From the IMG/VR virus record IMGVR_UViG_3300030376_004046, positions 1-64,000 of that record: 64,000 nt of DNA. One strand, written 5' to 3'. Shown here one piece after another: positions 16,977-27,828 of the stretch. The translations under genes were made by a program, and so were the position numbers. This stretch comes from an uncultured virus (IMG/VR IMGVR_UViG_3300030376_004046). Lineage: Duplodnaviria; Heunggongvirae; Uroviricota; Caudoviricetes. The notes beneath the pieces were generated by a model. That model worked only from the letters and a program-made list of their open reading frames with translations, made no database searches and was not told the origin of the DNA. The number at the start of each line of letters is the position of its first letter. Position 1 is the first letter of the stretch.

Positions 16977-19192
16977 TGTACGAGCAAAATTTAGTTAAAA
17001 CAATAAAACCTATTAAACGCGCGACTATAAGTCGGCTTAACAAATCTAAAAAATGGAAATATGGATACAATAAAGAACATGATATCATTGTTATATCAAA
17101 AACTGGTCAAATTGGCGAAGTGGTTGAAATCCAAAATTTGCGAATTGCGCTGCCAAGAGTGCCAGGGCAAGTGTACAAACATGAATTAAATAAATGGGCT
17201 AAACAAGATTATCCTAAAGAACTTGCTAGGTTAAAAAATATATTTGACTGGAAAAACCATCCAGAAGAACAAAAAGAACAATGGTTTGACTATATAGACG
17301 AAGAGTTTAAAAGAAGAGATGAAGGTTTTTGGTTTGTTAACAATAGTAAACCAACTTACATAACAGGTACTCATTATATGTATCTACAATGGAGCAAGAT
17401 AGATGTTGGGGCTCCTGATTTTAGAGAAGCTAACAGGTTGTTTTATATATTTTGGGAAGCTTGTAAAGCGGATAAAAGATGTTATGGTATGTGTTACCTA
17501 AAAAACAGAAGGTCAGGATTTTCGTTTATGTCATCTGCAGAAACAGTTAACTTAGCCACACTTGCAAGTGATAGTAGATATGGTATACTTTCTAAAACAG
17601 GTGCTGATGCTAAAAAAATGTTTACAGACAAAGTTGTACCGATTAGTATAAACTATCCGTTTTTCTTTAAACCTATACAAGACGGTATGGATCGACCTAA
17701 ATCAGAGTTAGCGTATAGAGTGCCCGCTAGTAAATTCACTAGAAAAAAGATTACAACAAATGAAAAGTTAGAAGACATACAGGGGTTAGATACAACTATA
17801 GATTGGAAAAATACAGGTGATAATAGTTACGACGGTGAAAAGTTAAATTTATTAGTGCATGACGAAAGCGGTAAATGGGAAAGGCCTGATAACATACTAA
17901 ACAACTGGCGAGTTACAAAAACTTGCTTGCGGTTAGGTAGTAGAATAGTTGGTAAATGCATGATGGGATCTACTTCTAACGCTCTTGATAAAGGAGGTGA
18001 TAATTTTAAAAAACTATATAATGCAAGTGATGTCACAAAGCGAAATAGAAACGGCCAAACAAAATCTGGTTTATACTCTTTGTTTATCCCAATGGAATGG
18101 AACTATGAAGGATTTATTGACGAATACGGAGTTCCAGTATTTACTACTCCTGACGGGGATGTGCTCGCACCAGATGGTGAATTAATAGATATAGGTGTAA
18201 TAGACAGTTGGCAAAACGAAGTTGACGGATTAAAAGACGATCAAGATGCTTTAAACGAGTTTTACAGACAGTTCCCGAGAACTGAAGAGCACGCGTTTAG
18301 AGATGAAACAAAAAATAGTATTTTTAATCTTGTAAAAATATATGAACAAATAGATTATAATGAAGAAATGTCTAGAACATTAGGCATTACTAGAGGTAAT
18401 TTTCAATGGGTAAATGGCGTAAAAGACACGCAGGTTATATTTTATCCAGATGCAAAAGGTAGATTTAAGGTTAGCTGGGTGCCACCCCAACAGTTACAAA
18501 ATAGAGTTATACTTAAAAATGGGGTAAAACATCCTGGAAATGAACACATGGGGGCGTTTGGTTGTGATTCATATGATATATCAGGAACTGTAGATGGTGG
18601 TGGATCTAAAGGTTCTTTACACGGTTTAACTAAGTTTAGCATGGAAGACGCTCCTGCTAATAGTTTTTTCTTAGAATACTTGTCAAGACCTCCAACAGCA
18701 GAGATGTTCTTTGAAGACGTATTAATGGCGCTAGTATTTTACAGCATGCCAATACTAGCAGAAAATAATAAACCGAGGTTGTTGTACTATTTAAGAAGAA
18801 GAGGTTATAGAGGTTTTAGTATGAATCGTCCTGATAAGATTTGGAATAAATTATCTGTAGCAGAAAAAGAAATTGGTGGCATACCAAATTCAAGCGAAGA
18901 TATAAAACAAGCACATGCCGCTGCAATAGAAATGTACATACAAGATCATGTTGGCATGAAACAAGATGGAACTTTTGGTAATTTATATTTTAATGAGTTA
19001 CTAAATGATTGGAGTAGGTTTGATATTACAAAAAGAACAAAGTTTGATGCAACTATAAGTAGTGGTTTAGCTATAATGGCAAACAATAAACATTTATATG
19101 CGCCAAATGCTAAAATCGAAAAACCTAAACTAAATATAAATATATCCAAGTATACTAATACTGGAACTAATTCAAGAATAATTAAGCAATAA
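16976..19192 (+). CDS. terL: Terminase large subunit
   Basis: LKNRRSGFS (Walker A-like), LLVHDESGKW (Walker B), MMGSTSN and nuclease GCDSYD; located before the portal. Confidence 0.9.
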   Translation: MYEQNLVKTIKPIKRATISRLNKSKKWKYGYNKEHDIIVISKTGQIGEVVEIQNLRIALPRVPGQVYKHELNKWAKQDYPKELARLKNIFDWKNHPEEQKEQWFDYIDEEFKRRDEGFWFVNNSKPTYITGTHYMYLQWSKIDVGAPDFREANRLFYIFWEACKADKRCYGMCYLKNRRSGFSFMSSAETVNLATLASDSRYGILSKTGADAKKMFTDKVVPISINYPFFFKPIQDGMDRPKSELAYRVPASKFTRKKITTNEKLEDIQGLDTTIDWKNTGDNSYDGEKLNLLVHDESGKWERPDNILNNWRVTKTCLRLGSRIVGKCMMGSTSNALDKGGDNFKKLYNASDVTKRNRNGQTKSGLYSLFIPMEWNYEGFIDEYGVPVFTTPDGDVLAPDGELIDIGVIDSWQNEVDGLKDDQDALNEFYRQFPRTEEHAFRDETKNSIFNLVKIYEQIDYNEEMSRTLGITRGNFQWVNGVKDTQVIFYPDAKGRFKVSWVPPQQLQNRVILKNGVKHPGNEHMGAFGCDSYDISGTVDGGGSKGSLHGLTKFSMEDAPANSFFLEYLSRPPTAEMFFEDVLMALVFYSMPILAENNKPRLLYYLRRRGYRGFSMNRPDKIWNKLSVAEKEIGGIPNSSEDIKQAHAAAIEMYIQDHVGMKQDGTFGNLYFNELLNDWSRFDITKRTKFDATISSGLAIMANNKHLYAPNAKIEKPKLNINISKYTNTGTNSRIIKQ

Positions 19193-19194
19193 AT

Positions 19195-21639
19195 ATGGCA
19201 TATTCTAGCAAAAGCTATTTTCCTAGTCAAACTGTTAGTGACGCTGAAAAGCTGAGCTATGACTATGGTTTAAAAGTTGGTAAAGCAATAGAGCAAGAGT
19301 GGTTTGATAATGATAGAAATATTAACAGATACAGAACTAACCACAGTGATTTTCACGATTTAAGATTGTACGCTAGAGGCGAACAGTCTATTCAAAAGTA
19401 TAAGGATGAATTGTCTATAAATGGTGATTTGTCCTATTTAAATTTAGACTGGAAACCTGTACCTATTATATCTAAATTTGTAGATATTGTTGTTAATGGT
19501 ATAGCGGAAAGAACATACGATATAAAAGCTTATTCACAAGATCCATATGGAGTTTCTAAAAGAACAAAATATATGGACGCTGTGTTAAAAGACATGAGGT
19601 TAAGAGAGTTTAATCAAACTGTTCAACAAGATTTAAATTTAAACGTTAGAGACAGTAACGTACAAGAACTACCAGATACAGATGAAGAATTAGCACTTCA
19701 CATGCAAATAACTTACAAGCAATCAGCTGAGTTAGCAGAAGAACAAGCTTTAAACGTCTTGATGGAAGGTAATAAATATGAGTTAATTAAAAAGCAGTTT
19801 TATTACGATCTTACTGTGTTAGGCATAGGTGCTGTTAAAACCTCTTTTAACACATCTGAAGGCGTTGTTATTGACTATGTAGATCCAGCTAATTTAGTAT
19901 ATTCTTACACAGAATCTCCATATTTTGAAGATATATATTATGTTGGAGAAGTAAAATCAATTCCAGTAAATGAACTAGCAAAACAATTTCCATTTTTATC
20001 AGAAAGTGATTTAGATGAAATAATGAGCAATAAATCTAATAATAGATCTAATTATAACTCAAGACACAATTACGACAAAGAAGATAATAACACTATACAA
20101 GTTTTGTATTTTAATTATAAAACTTATATGAATGAAGTTTACAAAGTAAAAGAAACTGGAACTGGCGCTGAAAAAGTAATACCTAAAGATGACTCCTTTA
20201 GTCCGCCAGAAGGTATGCAGGGTGGTTATGGCAAAATGTTAAGATCAATAGAGTGTTTGTACGAGGGCGCTATGATACTTGGTACAAATAGACTACTTAA
20301 GTGGGAAATGGCAAAAAACATGATGCGTCCTAAAAGTAATTTTACTAAAGTAAAAATGAACTATGCTATTGTAGCTCCTAGAATGTATAATGGTAAAATA
20401 GATTCTTTAGTTAAAAAAATAACTGGATTTGCTGATATGATTCAATTAACACACCTAAAGTTACAACAAGTATTATCACGTATGGTTCCTGATGGTGTTT
20501 ATCTAGATGCTGATGGTTTAGCAGAAATAGATTTAGGCAACGGTACAAACTATAATCCACAAGAAGCTTTAAATATGTTTTTTCAAACAGGTTCTGTTAT
20601 CGGTAGAAGTTTTACTTCAGAAGGCGATATGAATCCAGGTAAAGTTCCTATTCAAGAAATAACTAGCGGTAATGGTGGTAATAAAATGCAAGCGCTTATA
20701 GGTAATTATAACTACTATATGCAAATGATTAGAGATGTAACTGGGTTAAATGAGGCTAGAGACGGTAGTATGCCAGATAAAAATGCTTTAGTGGGCGTTC
20801 AGAAATTAGCCGCTGCAAACAGCAACACTGCGACAAGACACATATTGCAAGCTGGCTTGTATTTAACAGCTGAAACGGCAGAATGCCTATCACTAAGAAT
20901 ATCGGATATACTAGAGTATTCACCAACAAAAGAAGCTTTCATACAATCAATAGGCGTGCACAATTCATCTATACTTGAAGAGTTAAAAGAACTTCACTTG
21001 TACGATTTTGGTATTTTCATTGAACTACAACCAGATGAAGAAGAAAAAATGATGTTAGAAAATAACATTCAAATGGCATTACAACAACAGGTTATAGAAT
21101 TAGCCGATGCAATTGATATTAGAGAAATAAAAAATATAAAGCTAGCTAATCAACTTTTAAAAATAAGAAGAAAGAAAAAACTTGATAGAGATCAGCAGGT
21201 ACAAATGCAAAACATGCAACAACAGGCTCAGTTAAACCAGCAGTCTGCTCAAGCAGCAGCTCAAGCTGAGGTGCAAAAAAACCAAGCAATATCACAAAGT
21301 CAAGCTCAATTAGAACAAGTGAAATCTCAATTAGAATCTCAAAAAATGCAACAAGAAGTTATGCATAAGAAAGAATTAATGGAATTAGAATTTAATTACA
21401 ACATGCAACTTAAAGGCATTGAAGTTGAAGGACAAAAAAGTAAAGAGAAAGAAAAAGAAGATCGTAAAGATGAAAGAACTAGAATTCAAGCATCTCAACA
21501 ATCAGAATTAATTGATCAAAGAAACAACAACAAACCACCTAAAAATTTTAGTCAAGCTACGTCTATGATGGATTTTGAATCCGAGGGTAATGATTTATTA
21601 AGTGGTGGATTTGGTTTAGGACAATTTGATCCTCAATAA
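19195..21639 (+). CDS. Portal protein
   Basis: 814 aa after terL; PVPIISKFVDIVVNG and IRDVTGLNEARDG; long Gln-rich C-terminal coiled coil like a P22-type barrel. Confidence 0.85.
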   Translation: MAYSSKSYFPSQTVSDAEKLSYDYGLKVGKAIEQEWFDNDRNINRYRTNHSDFHDLRLYARGEQSIQKYKDELSINGDLSYLNLDWKPVPIISKFVDIVVNGIAERTYDIKAYSQDPYGVSKRTKYMDAVLKDMRLREFNQTVQQDLNLNVRDSNVQELPDTDEELALHMQITYKQSAELAEEQALNVLMEGNKYELIKKQFYYDLTVLGIGAVKTSFNTSEGVVIDYVDPANLVYSYTESPYFEDIYYVGEVKSIPVNELAKQFPFLSESDLDEIMSNKSNNRSNYNSRHNYDKEDNNTIQVLYFNYKTYMNEVYKVKETGTGAEKVIPKDDSFSPPEGMQGGYGKMLRSIECLYEGAMILGTNRLLKWEMAKNMMRPKSNFTKVKMNYAIVAPRMYNGKIDSLVKKITGFADMIQLTHLKLQQVLSRMVPDGVYLDADGLAEIDLGNGTNYNPQEALNMFFQTGSVIGRSFTSEGDMNPGKVPIQEITSGNGGNKMQALIGNYNYYMQMIRDVTGLNEARDGSMPDKNALVGVQKLAAANSNTATRHILQAGLYLTAETAECLSLRISDILEYSPTKEAFIQSIGVHNSSILEELKELHLYDFGIFIELQPDEEEKMMLENNIQMALQQQVIELADAIDIREIKNIKLANQLLKIRRKKKLDRDQQVQMQNMQQQAQLNQQSAQAAAQAEVQKNQAISQSQAQLEQVKSQLESQKMQQEVMHKKELMELEFNYNMQLKGIEVEGQKSKEKEKEDRKDERTRIQASQQSELIDQRNNNKPPKNFSQATSMMDFESEGNDLLSGGFGLGQFDPQ

Positions 21640-21666
21640 ATTTATTAATTATTATTATATTATATT

Positions 21667-22902
21667 ATGGAAAACAAAAAAGAAGAACCTACAGTAGATA
21701 ATACTGTGGAAAAAATAAAGGTTAAAAAACCTAAAGCAAAAAAATTTGCAACACCTAAAGACAATGTTACAAAAGTTAACATTAAAGATAAATCAGAAGA
21801 AAAAAAAGAAGACGTTACCAAGGTTGATTTAACTAAAGAGCAAGAGCCAAAAGAAAATGAAGTTAAAAAAGATAACACTAACGACGAAGGAGTGGTTGCA
21901 GAGTCTAAAGATGCCGAGTCCACACAGGAACAAGAAAAAATACAATCGGAAGAAAAAACACAACAAACTCCAGTATTAGAAGAAGTAACAGAAGATTCTA
22001 CAGAGCAAGAGGTTGCTAAAGTAGAAGAAAAAGTTGAGGAAGCTATAGCTGAAGCAGAAGCTACTGGAAAACCATTACCAGAAAACATTCAAAAGTTAAT
22101 TGACTTTATGGAAGAAACTGGTGGTGATTTAAATGATTACGTAAAACTTAACCAAGATTATAGCAAAGTTGATGATAATACTATTTTAAAAGAGTATTAT
22201 AAAAAAACAAAACCACACCTAAATAACGAGGAAATTAACTTTCTTATGGAAGACACGTTCTCTTATGACGAAGAAGTAGACGAAGAAATAGAGATTAAAA
22301 GAAAAAAATTAGCGTTAAAAGAGCAAGTTGCCAACGCTAAACGCCACTTGGACGGGCAAAAGTCCAAATACTATAAAGACATTAAGGCTGGAAACAAACT
22401 TACAACTGAGCAACAAAAAGCTGTAAATTTCTTTAATAGATACAACAAGGAGTCAAAAGCAAATCAAGAAATAGCAAAAACAAACTCTGATATTTTTACT
22501 CAAAAAACTAATCAAGTTTTTAACAGCGAGTTCAAAGGTTTTGAATATAACGTTGGTGAAAAAAAATATAGATTTAACGTAAACAACGCTGAAGAAATTA
22601 AAGAAACTCAAAGCAATTTAAATAATTTTACCAAAAAGTTTTTGGATAAAAAAATGGCTTTAACAGACGCTATGGGTTATCATAAATCTCTTTATACAGC
22701 GATGAACGCAGATGCTATTGCTAAACATTTTTACGAACAAGGAAAGGCAGATGCAATAAAAAATAGTATTGCTAAGTCTAAAAACGTTGATATGAACCCA
22801 AGACAAAGTCATGGCGTAGTAGAAGCTGGTGGAATTAAAGTAAGAGTGTTAGGTGATAATTCTTCTGATTTCAAGTTTAAAATTAAAAACAAAAATAAAT
22901 AA
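21667..22902 (+). CDS. Capsid scaffolding protein (putative)
   Basis: Long E/K-rich disordered N-terminus; lies between portal and capsid genes. Confidence 0.65.
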   Translation: MENKKEEPTVDNTVEKIKVKKPKAKKFATPKDNVTKVNIKDKSEEKKEDVTKVDLTKEQEPKENEVKKDNTNDEGVVAESKDAESTQEQEKIQSEEKTQQTPVLEEVTEDSTEQEVAKVEEKVEEAIAEAEATGKPLPENIQKLIDFMEETGGDLNDYVKLNQDYSKVDDNTILKEYYKKTKPHLNNEEINFLMEDTFSYDEEVDEEIEIKRKKLALKEQVANAKRHLDGQKSKYYKDIKAGNKLTTEQQKAVNFFNRYNKESKANQEIAKTNSDIFTQKTNQVFNSEFKGFEYNVGEKKYRFNVNNAEEIKETQSNLNNFTKKFLDKKMALTDAMGYHKSLYTAMNADAIAKHFYEQGKADAIKNSIAKSKNVDMNPRQSHGVVEAGGIKVRVLGDNSSDFKFKIKNKNK

Positions 22903-22922
22903 CAATTTAAAATTAAAAAATT

Positions 22923-24440
22923 ATGGCAATTACTCCAGGAGATAATTTGAATAGCGTTGCTGCTCCACAAAAGCAAGCGTTAAACACAAATTATCTAGAC
23001 TTAGCTACGGGATCAGCAGATACCCTAGGCTGGGCACAACAATACGTACCAGATCTTATTGAAAAAGAAGCTGAGGTTTTTGGAAACAGAACTATCTCAG
23101 GATTTCTTTCACAAGTAGGAGCTGAAGAGAGCATGACAGCTGATCAAGTTGTATGGTCTGAACAAGGTAGATTACACTTAGCTTATAAATGTACTATGAT
23201 CGATGCTGATCAAGGTATTGGCGGCGACAATCCAGGGTGTGAGATTGAAATATTAACTGACATGGATGGTCAAGATCCAGGTTCTGATCACGGTGTTCGT
23301 GTAAATGACACTGTAATTGTAGCTGGTGGAACTGGTGTTACTTTTAAAGGTCTTGTAACACAGGTAAGTGGTACAAACATTGAAGTAGCTAACTATGAAG
23401 ATGCTGATGCAGCTGCTGGTATAGCTGATGCAGCTTCATGTACTATATTAGTTTATGGTTCTGAGTTTGGAAAAGGTAGATCATACCAGACTAGCGCTGG
23501 TTATGGTACTGACGGTTCTTATGGAACAGCTACTGATTCAAGAGGTGCTAACGAGCCTAAGTTCAAAACATTTACTAACAAGCCAATTATATTAAAAGAT
23601 TACTACGAAGTATCAGGTTCTGATGCGTCTAGAATTGGTTGGGTAGAAATTACTAGTGAAACAGGCGCTTCTGGATACTTATGGTATTTAAAAGCTGAGG
23701 CTGATACAAGAGCTAGATTTACTGACTACTTAGAAATGTCAATGATTGAAGGTGTTAAAGGTTCTGGAACTACTGATGTTGATTTAATGGTTGGCGGAAC
23801 TAATGGCGACGCTGTTGGTACTGAAGGTTTATTTGCAGCTATCGAAGATAGAGGTAATTTAACCTCTGGTGTTACTGGTGTTAACGCTGCTACTGATTTA
23901 GCTGAGTTCGACGCTATTTTAGCTGAATTTGACAAGCAAGGTGCTATTGAGGAAAACATGATGTTTGTAAACAGAGCTACTTCGTTAGCAATGGATGATA
24001 TGTTGGCTTCTATGAATTCTTACGGAGCTGGTGGTACTTCTTACGGAGTGTTTGACAACTCTGAAGACATGGCGCTTAATTTAGGTTTTTCTGGATTCCG
24101 AAGAGGTTCTTATGACTTCTACAAATCTGACTTTAGATACTTAAATGACTTTGCTACAAGAGGTGGTATTAACGCTGTTGCTGGTGCTAGCGCTATTAGA
24201 GGGGTTGTAATCCCAGCTGGTACATCAACTGTTTATGACCAACAATTAGGAAAAAATCTTAAAAGACCTTTCTTACATGTTCGTTATAGAGCTTCTCAAA
24301 CTGACAACAGAAAGATGAAAACTTGGGTTACTGGTTCGGTTGGTGCTGCTACATCTGCACTTGACGCGATGCAAATACACATGCTTTCTGAAAGATGTTT
24401 AGTTGTACAAGGTGCTAACAATTTCATGTTAATGAAGTAA
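22923..24440 (+). CDS. Major capsid protein
   Basis: Gene position, G/A/D-rich composition, strongly biased codons, and a strong terminator downstream. Confidence 0.8.
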   Translation: MAITPGDNLNSVAAPQKQALNTNYLDLATGSADTLGWAQQYVPDLIEKEAEVFGNRTISGFLSQVGAEESMTADQVVWSEQGRLHLAYKCTMIDADQGIGGDNPGCEIEILTDMDGQDPGSDHGVRVNDTVIVAGGTGVTFKGLVTQVSGTNIEVANYEDADAAAGIADAASCTILVYGSEFGKGRSYQTSAGYGTDGSYGTATDSRGANEPKFKTFTNKPIILKDYYEVSGSDASRIGWVEITSETGASGYLWYLKAEADTRARFTDYLEMSMIEGVKGSGTTDVDLMVGGTNGDAVGTEGLFAAIEDRGNLTSGVTGVNAATDLAEFDAILAEFDKQGAIEENMMFVNRATSLAMDDMLASMNSYGAGGTSYGVFDNSEDMALNLGFSGFRRGSYDFYKSDFRYLNDFATRGGINAVAGASAIRGVVIPAGTSTVYDQQLGKNLKRPFLHVRYRASQTDNRKMKTWVTGSVGAATSALDAMQIHMLSERCLVVQGANNFMLMK

Positions 24441-24457
24441 GCATTTATTATATTAAA

Positions 24458-24492
24458 GAGACTGGGATTAATTTCCCAGTCCCTTTATTTTT
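24458..24492 (+). terminator. Rho-independent terminator after the capsid gene
   Basis: GACTGGGA-ttaatt-TCCCAGTC followed by CCTTTATTTTT. Confidence 0.8.
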
Positions 24493-24516
24493 ATTAATTT
24501 TATTATATATTATATT

Positions 24517-25359
24517 ATGACAAAAAAACAAGAAACAAAAAAAGTGGTTGCAACACCACCAGTTGAAGAACAACCAAAAGTTGTGAAACAAACAAAAGTT
24601 GAAACACCGGTTATGGAAAAACCATTACTAAAAAAAGAAACTTGGGAATTAAAAAACAGAATGTACTATTTGAAAGGTGGTAAAAAACCTGTTAGTAGAT
24701 CTATAAGATCATCAAATATATATTATTTTGACGAAGAAAAAGGATACGAAAGAGAATTGAAGTATTGTTCAAACCAAAGAACACCTTTTGTTGATGAAAT
24801 GAAAGGCGATCAAAGACTAGAACATATTATATTTAGAGACGGTGCTTTGTACGTAGGAAGAGAGAAAACAGTTTTACAAAAGCTATTAAGCTTATACCAC
24901 CCACATAAAGACACACTTTATTACGAACACAAACCACAATTAATAGCAGAAGATCAACTAGAAAATATTAATTTAGAAGTAGACGCTTTAGTCGCGGCTA
25001 GAAACTTAGATGTTGATATGGCTGAAGCTGTTATGCGTACTGAGGTTGGTTCTAAAGTGTCAAACATGAGTTCTAAAGAACTTAAACGCGATTTACTTAT
25101 ATTTGCTAAAAGAAATCCTAGTTTGTTCTTAGATTTAGTAAATGATGAAAATATTGTTCTTAGAAATTTTGGTATTAGAGCCGTTGAAGAAAAAATATTA
25201 GTGTTATCACAAGATCAACGAACTATTTCATGGGGTTCTAATAATAGAAAACTATTAAACGTTCCTTTTGATGAACATCCGTACTCAGCATTAGCTGCTT
25301 GGTTTAAAACTGACGAGGGTATGGAAATATACTCAAGTATTGAAAAAAGATTAAATTAA
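24517..25359 (+). CDS. Conserved hypothetical protein (head-associated)
   Basis: 280-aa ORF after the capsid gene. Confidence 0.7.
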   Translation: MTKKQETKKVVATPPVEEQPKVVKQTKVETPVMEKPLLKKETWELKNRMYYLKGGKKPVSRSIRSSNIYYFDEEKGYERELKYCSNQRTPFVDEMKGDQRLEHIIFRDGALYVGREKTVLQKLLSLYHPHKDTLYYEHKPQLIAEDQLENINLEVDALVAARNLDVDMAEAVMRTEVGSKVSNMSSKELKRDLLIFAKRNPSLFLDLVNDENIVLRNFGIRAVEEKILVLSQDQRTISWGSNNRKLLNVPFDEHPYSALAAWFKTDEGMEIYSSIEKRLN

Positions 25360-25366
25360 TCTAACT

Positions 25367-25401
25367 GTAGAGCGGTCGCCCTACGGGGCGATCGTAACTA
25401 C
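25367..25401 (+). other. Stable intergenic hairpin with a cUACGg tetraloop
   Basis: CGGTCGCCC-TACG-GGGCGATCG, extendable by GTAG/CTAC; no U tract. Confidence 0.6.
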
Positions 25402-25415
25402 TAAAATATAATAAA

Positions 25416-25583
25416 ATGGAAAACAAAAAATCAAAAGGATTAGGCGACTCAATAGAAAAATTTATGAAAGCAACAGGAATACATGATTTAGCTAAAGCTG
25501 GAGCAAAAGCTATGGGCAAGAAAGATTGTGGGTGTGGTAAAAGAAGAGACGCTTTAAATAAAAAATTTCCTTATCAAAAATAA
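25416..25583 (+). CDS. Small protein with GLGD...DCGC..RR..LN motif (55 aa)
   Basis: MENKKSKGLGDSIEKFMKATGIHDLAKAGAKAMGKKDCGCGKRRDALNKKFPYQK; below the ORF-track cut-off. Confidence 0.7.
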   Translation: MENKKSKGLGDSIEKFMKATGIHDLAKAGAKAMGKKDCGCGKRRDALNKKFPYQK

Positions 25584-25592
25584 AAAAATATT

Positions 25593-26327
25593 ATGGCAAT
25601 AAGTGTAGATGATGTTTATCAAAAAGTTTTAGCTATAGCTAATAAAGAACAGAGAGGTTATATAACTCCACAAGAGTTTAATTTGTTTGCCGATCACTCT
25701 CAAAAAGAAATATTCGAGCAATACTTTTATGACTTAAATCAGTTTAATAGAATACCTGGTAATTCAATGGGTCACTCTGATATGAAAGACATTATAGAAA
25801 GTAAAATAAGTGCTTTTGAAATTTGGACAGACATTGCTAACACTGTTTTTGATTCTGATGGAAATATAGATTTAGGACAGTTTTCATTATACAGAATAGT
25901 AGAAGTAATGGTTGATTACAATTCTAATAAAAAAAATGTAATTGCAGAAGAAGTTACCGCTAAAGAGTATACAAAATACAGTAACAGTCCTTTAGCTAAA
26001 GAAAGCGAAAAAAGACCAGTTTATATACACGATGCTTCTGGTTTTGATAGAATTAAAATAATTCCACCTCCGCCCGTAGAAGGTGGTGTAAAAATAAATT
26101 ACATTAAAAAACCATCAACACCTAAGTGGGGATATATAGTTTCTCAAAATAGTAACACAGCTCTTTGGAATCCAGGCGCATCAACAGATTTTGAATTACA
26201 TCCGTCAGAAGAATCAGAATTAGTTTATAAAATATTAAAACTAGCTGGTATATCAATGGTAAGAGACGATATTATGAGAGCTGGTCAAGGTATGGAGTCA
26301 GTACAAATTCAACAAGAAAAACAATAA
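25593..26327 (+). CDS. Head-tail adaptor or tail ring protein
   Basis: NKEQRGYITPQEFNLFA...YIKKPSTPKWGY...FELHPSEE; gene position. Confidence 0.65.
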   Translation: MAISVDDVYQKVLAIANKEQRGYITPQEFNLFADHSQKEIFEQYFYDLNQFNRIPGNSMGHSDMKDIIESKISAFEIWTDIANTVFDSDGNIDLGQFSLYRIVEVMVDYNSNKKNVIAEEVTAKEYTKYSNSPLAKESEKRPVYIHDASGFDRIKIIPPPPVEGGVKINYIKKPSTPKWGYIVSQNSNTALWNPGASTDFELHPSEESELVYKILKLAGISMVRDDIMRAGQGMESVQIQQEKQ

Positions 26328-26331
26328 ATAA

Positions 26332-27825
26332 ATGGGATTATTAGACAACACTACTCAACAATCATATTACCAAGGTGATGATTACGGTAATTATCAATTT
26401 ACGTCATTAGATAATATTATAACTCAATTTAAAATTGCTTATGTTGGAGAAAGCAAATTAATATCTAAAATAAAAAGAGCAGACATATCATTTTTTGCTC
26501 AAAGAGCTTTACAAGAGTTATCGTTTGACACGTTTAAATCTTGCAAGTCACAAGAAATTGTTTTGCCACCTAGTTTACAAATGATTCTTCCACGTGATTA
26601 CGTTAACTACACTAAAGTTAGTTGGGTAGATTCATCAGGCGTTAAACACCCGTTATATCCAACAAGTAAAACTTCAAACCCTACAAAAATAATTCAAGAT
26701 AGTGATGGTAATTATGAGTTTCCAGGTGCTCACCCGGTTTTAGTTAATCAAGATTTTTCTAGTACATTTGCTGTGCCTTGGTACAAAAGTGATGTTTGGA
26801 CAGAAGGAACAATCGCGCAGTCAAATGTTGTATTAGGAACTGATGCTATAGAAGTTGTTAGTGGAGAGTTAACATTTACTCAGCATGTACATAACTCTTG
26901 GAATAAAGATAAAAGTAGGTTGTATTATGCTTATCAAAAAATAGATGTAAGTAACTTAAACAGTATAGAGTTGTCAGCAAAAGGAACAGCAGCGGCAGCA
27001 GCTACAGACGTTACTGGTGGTACTTTAGTTATGGGTTTAATTGATTTTGATCCTACTGGAACTAACACTTTAAACTACAGCGCAAGTAATAATTATTCTG
27101 AACTTGCAGACCCAACAGCAATAAACTGGTTGCAAACTATAGATAATGAAAATGCTTATTTAGAGTGGCTACCAGGATCTAGCGCTGAAACTAAAACTCT
27201 TATTGAGGATAGCGCTATAGATGTTTCTAATCACAATGATGTTTGGGTTATTATTACTAGTAAGGTTGATTTTTCAATAGCAAATACAACGGCTTCTGCA
27301 GTTAATAGCATAGATGATATAGTATTAACTAATACAGAAATTTTAAACGTTTTAAAAACAGATCCTTTAACGTCTACAACTTGGGACAACTATAAATCCA
27401 ATGCTCCTTCAGAAAATAGTAATCAAGATTACGAAGATGATATTCACTGGAAGATGAAAAGCGGTAGATACGGTTTAGACCCTCAACACGCTCAAGTTAA
27501 TGGGTCTTTTTATATAGATTGTAAAAGTGGTAAAATACACTTTAGCTCTAACGTAAGCGGGCAAACCGTGGTATTAGATTATATAAGCGATAGTCTTGGC
27601 ACTGATGAAGAGATGCAGGTTCACAAACTAGCTGAGGAAGCAATGTATAAACATATAGCGTACGCGATAGTATCAACTAGATCTAATGTGCCAGAATATA
27701 TAGTTCAAAGATTTAAAAAAGAAAAATTTGCTGAAACTAGAAAAGCAAAACTAAGACTTTCTAACATTAAATTAGAAGAAATAACTCAAATTTTAAGAGG
27801 TAAATCAAAACAAATTAAACACTAG
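26332..27825 (+). CDS. Tail ring or structural protein with a central inserted beta-rich domain
   Basis: LPRDYVNYTKVSWVD and LDYISD...VHKLAEEA termini around a Thr/Asn-rich insert. Confidence 0.6.
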   Translation: MGLLDNTTQQSYYQGDDYGNYQFTSLDNIITQFKIAYVGESKLISKIKRADISFFAQRALQELSFDTFKSCKSQEIVLPPSLQMILPRDYVNYTKVSWVDSSGVKHPLYPTSKTSNPTKIIQDSDGNYEFPGAHPVLVNQDFSSTFAVPWYKSDVWTEGTIAQSNVVLGTDAIEVVSGELTFTQHVHNSWNKDKSRLYYAYQKIDVSNLNSIELSAKGTAAAAATDVTGGTLVMGLIDFDPTGTNTLNYSASNNYSELADPTAINWLQTIDNENAYLEWLPGSSAETKTLIEDSAIDVSNHNDVWVIITSKVDFSIANTTASAVNSIDDIVLTNTEILNVLKTDPLTSTTWDNYKSNAPSENSNQDYEDDIHWKMKSGRYGLDPQHAQVNGSFYIDCKSGKIHFSSNVSGQTVVLDYISDSLGTDEEMQVHKLAEEAMYKHIAYAIVSTRSNVPEYIVQRFKKEKFAETRKAKLRLSNIKLEEITQILRGKSKQIKH

Positions 27826-27828
27826 TAC

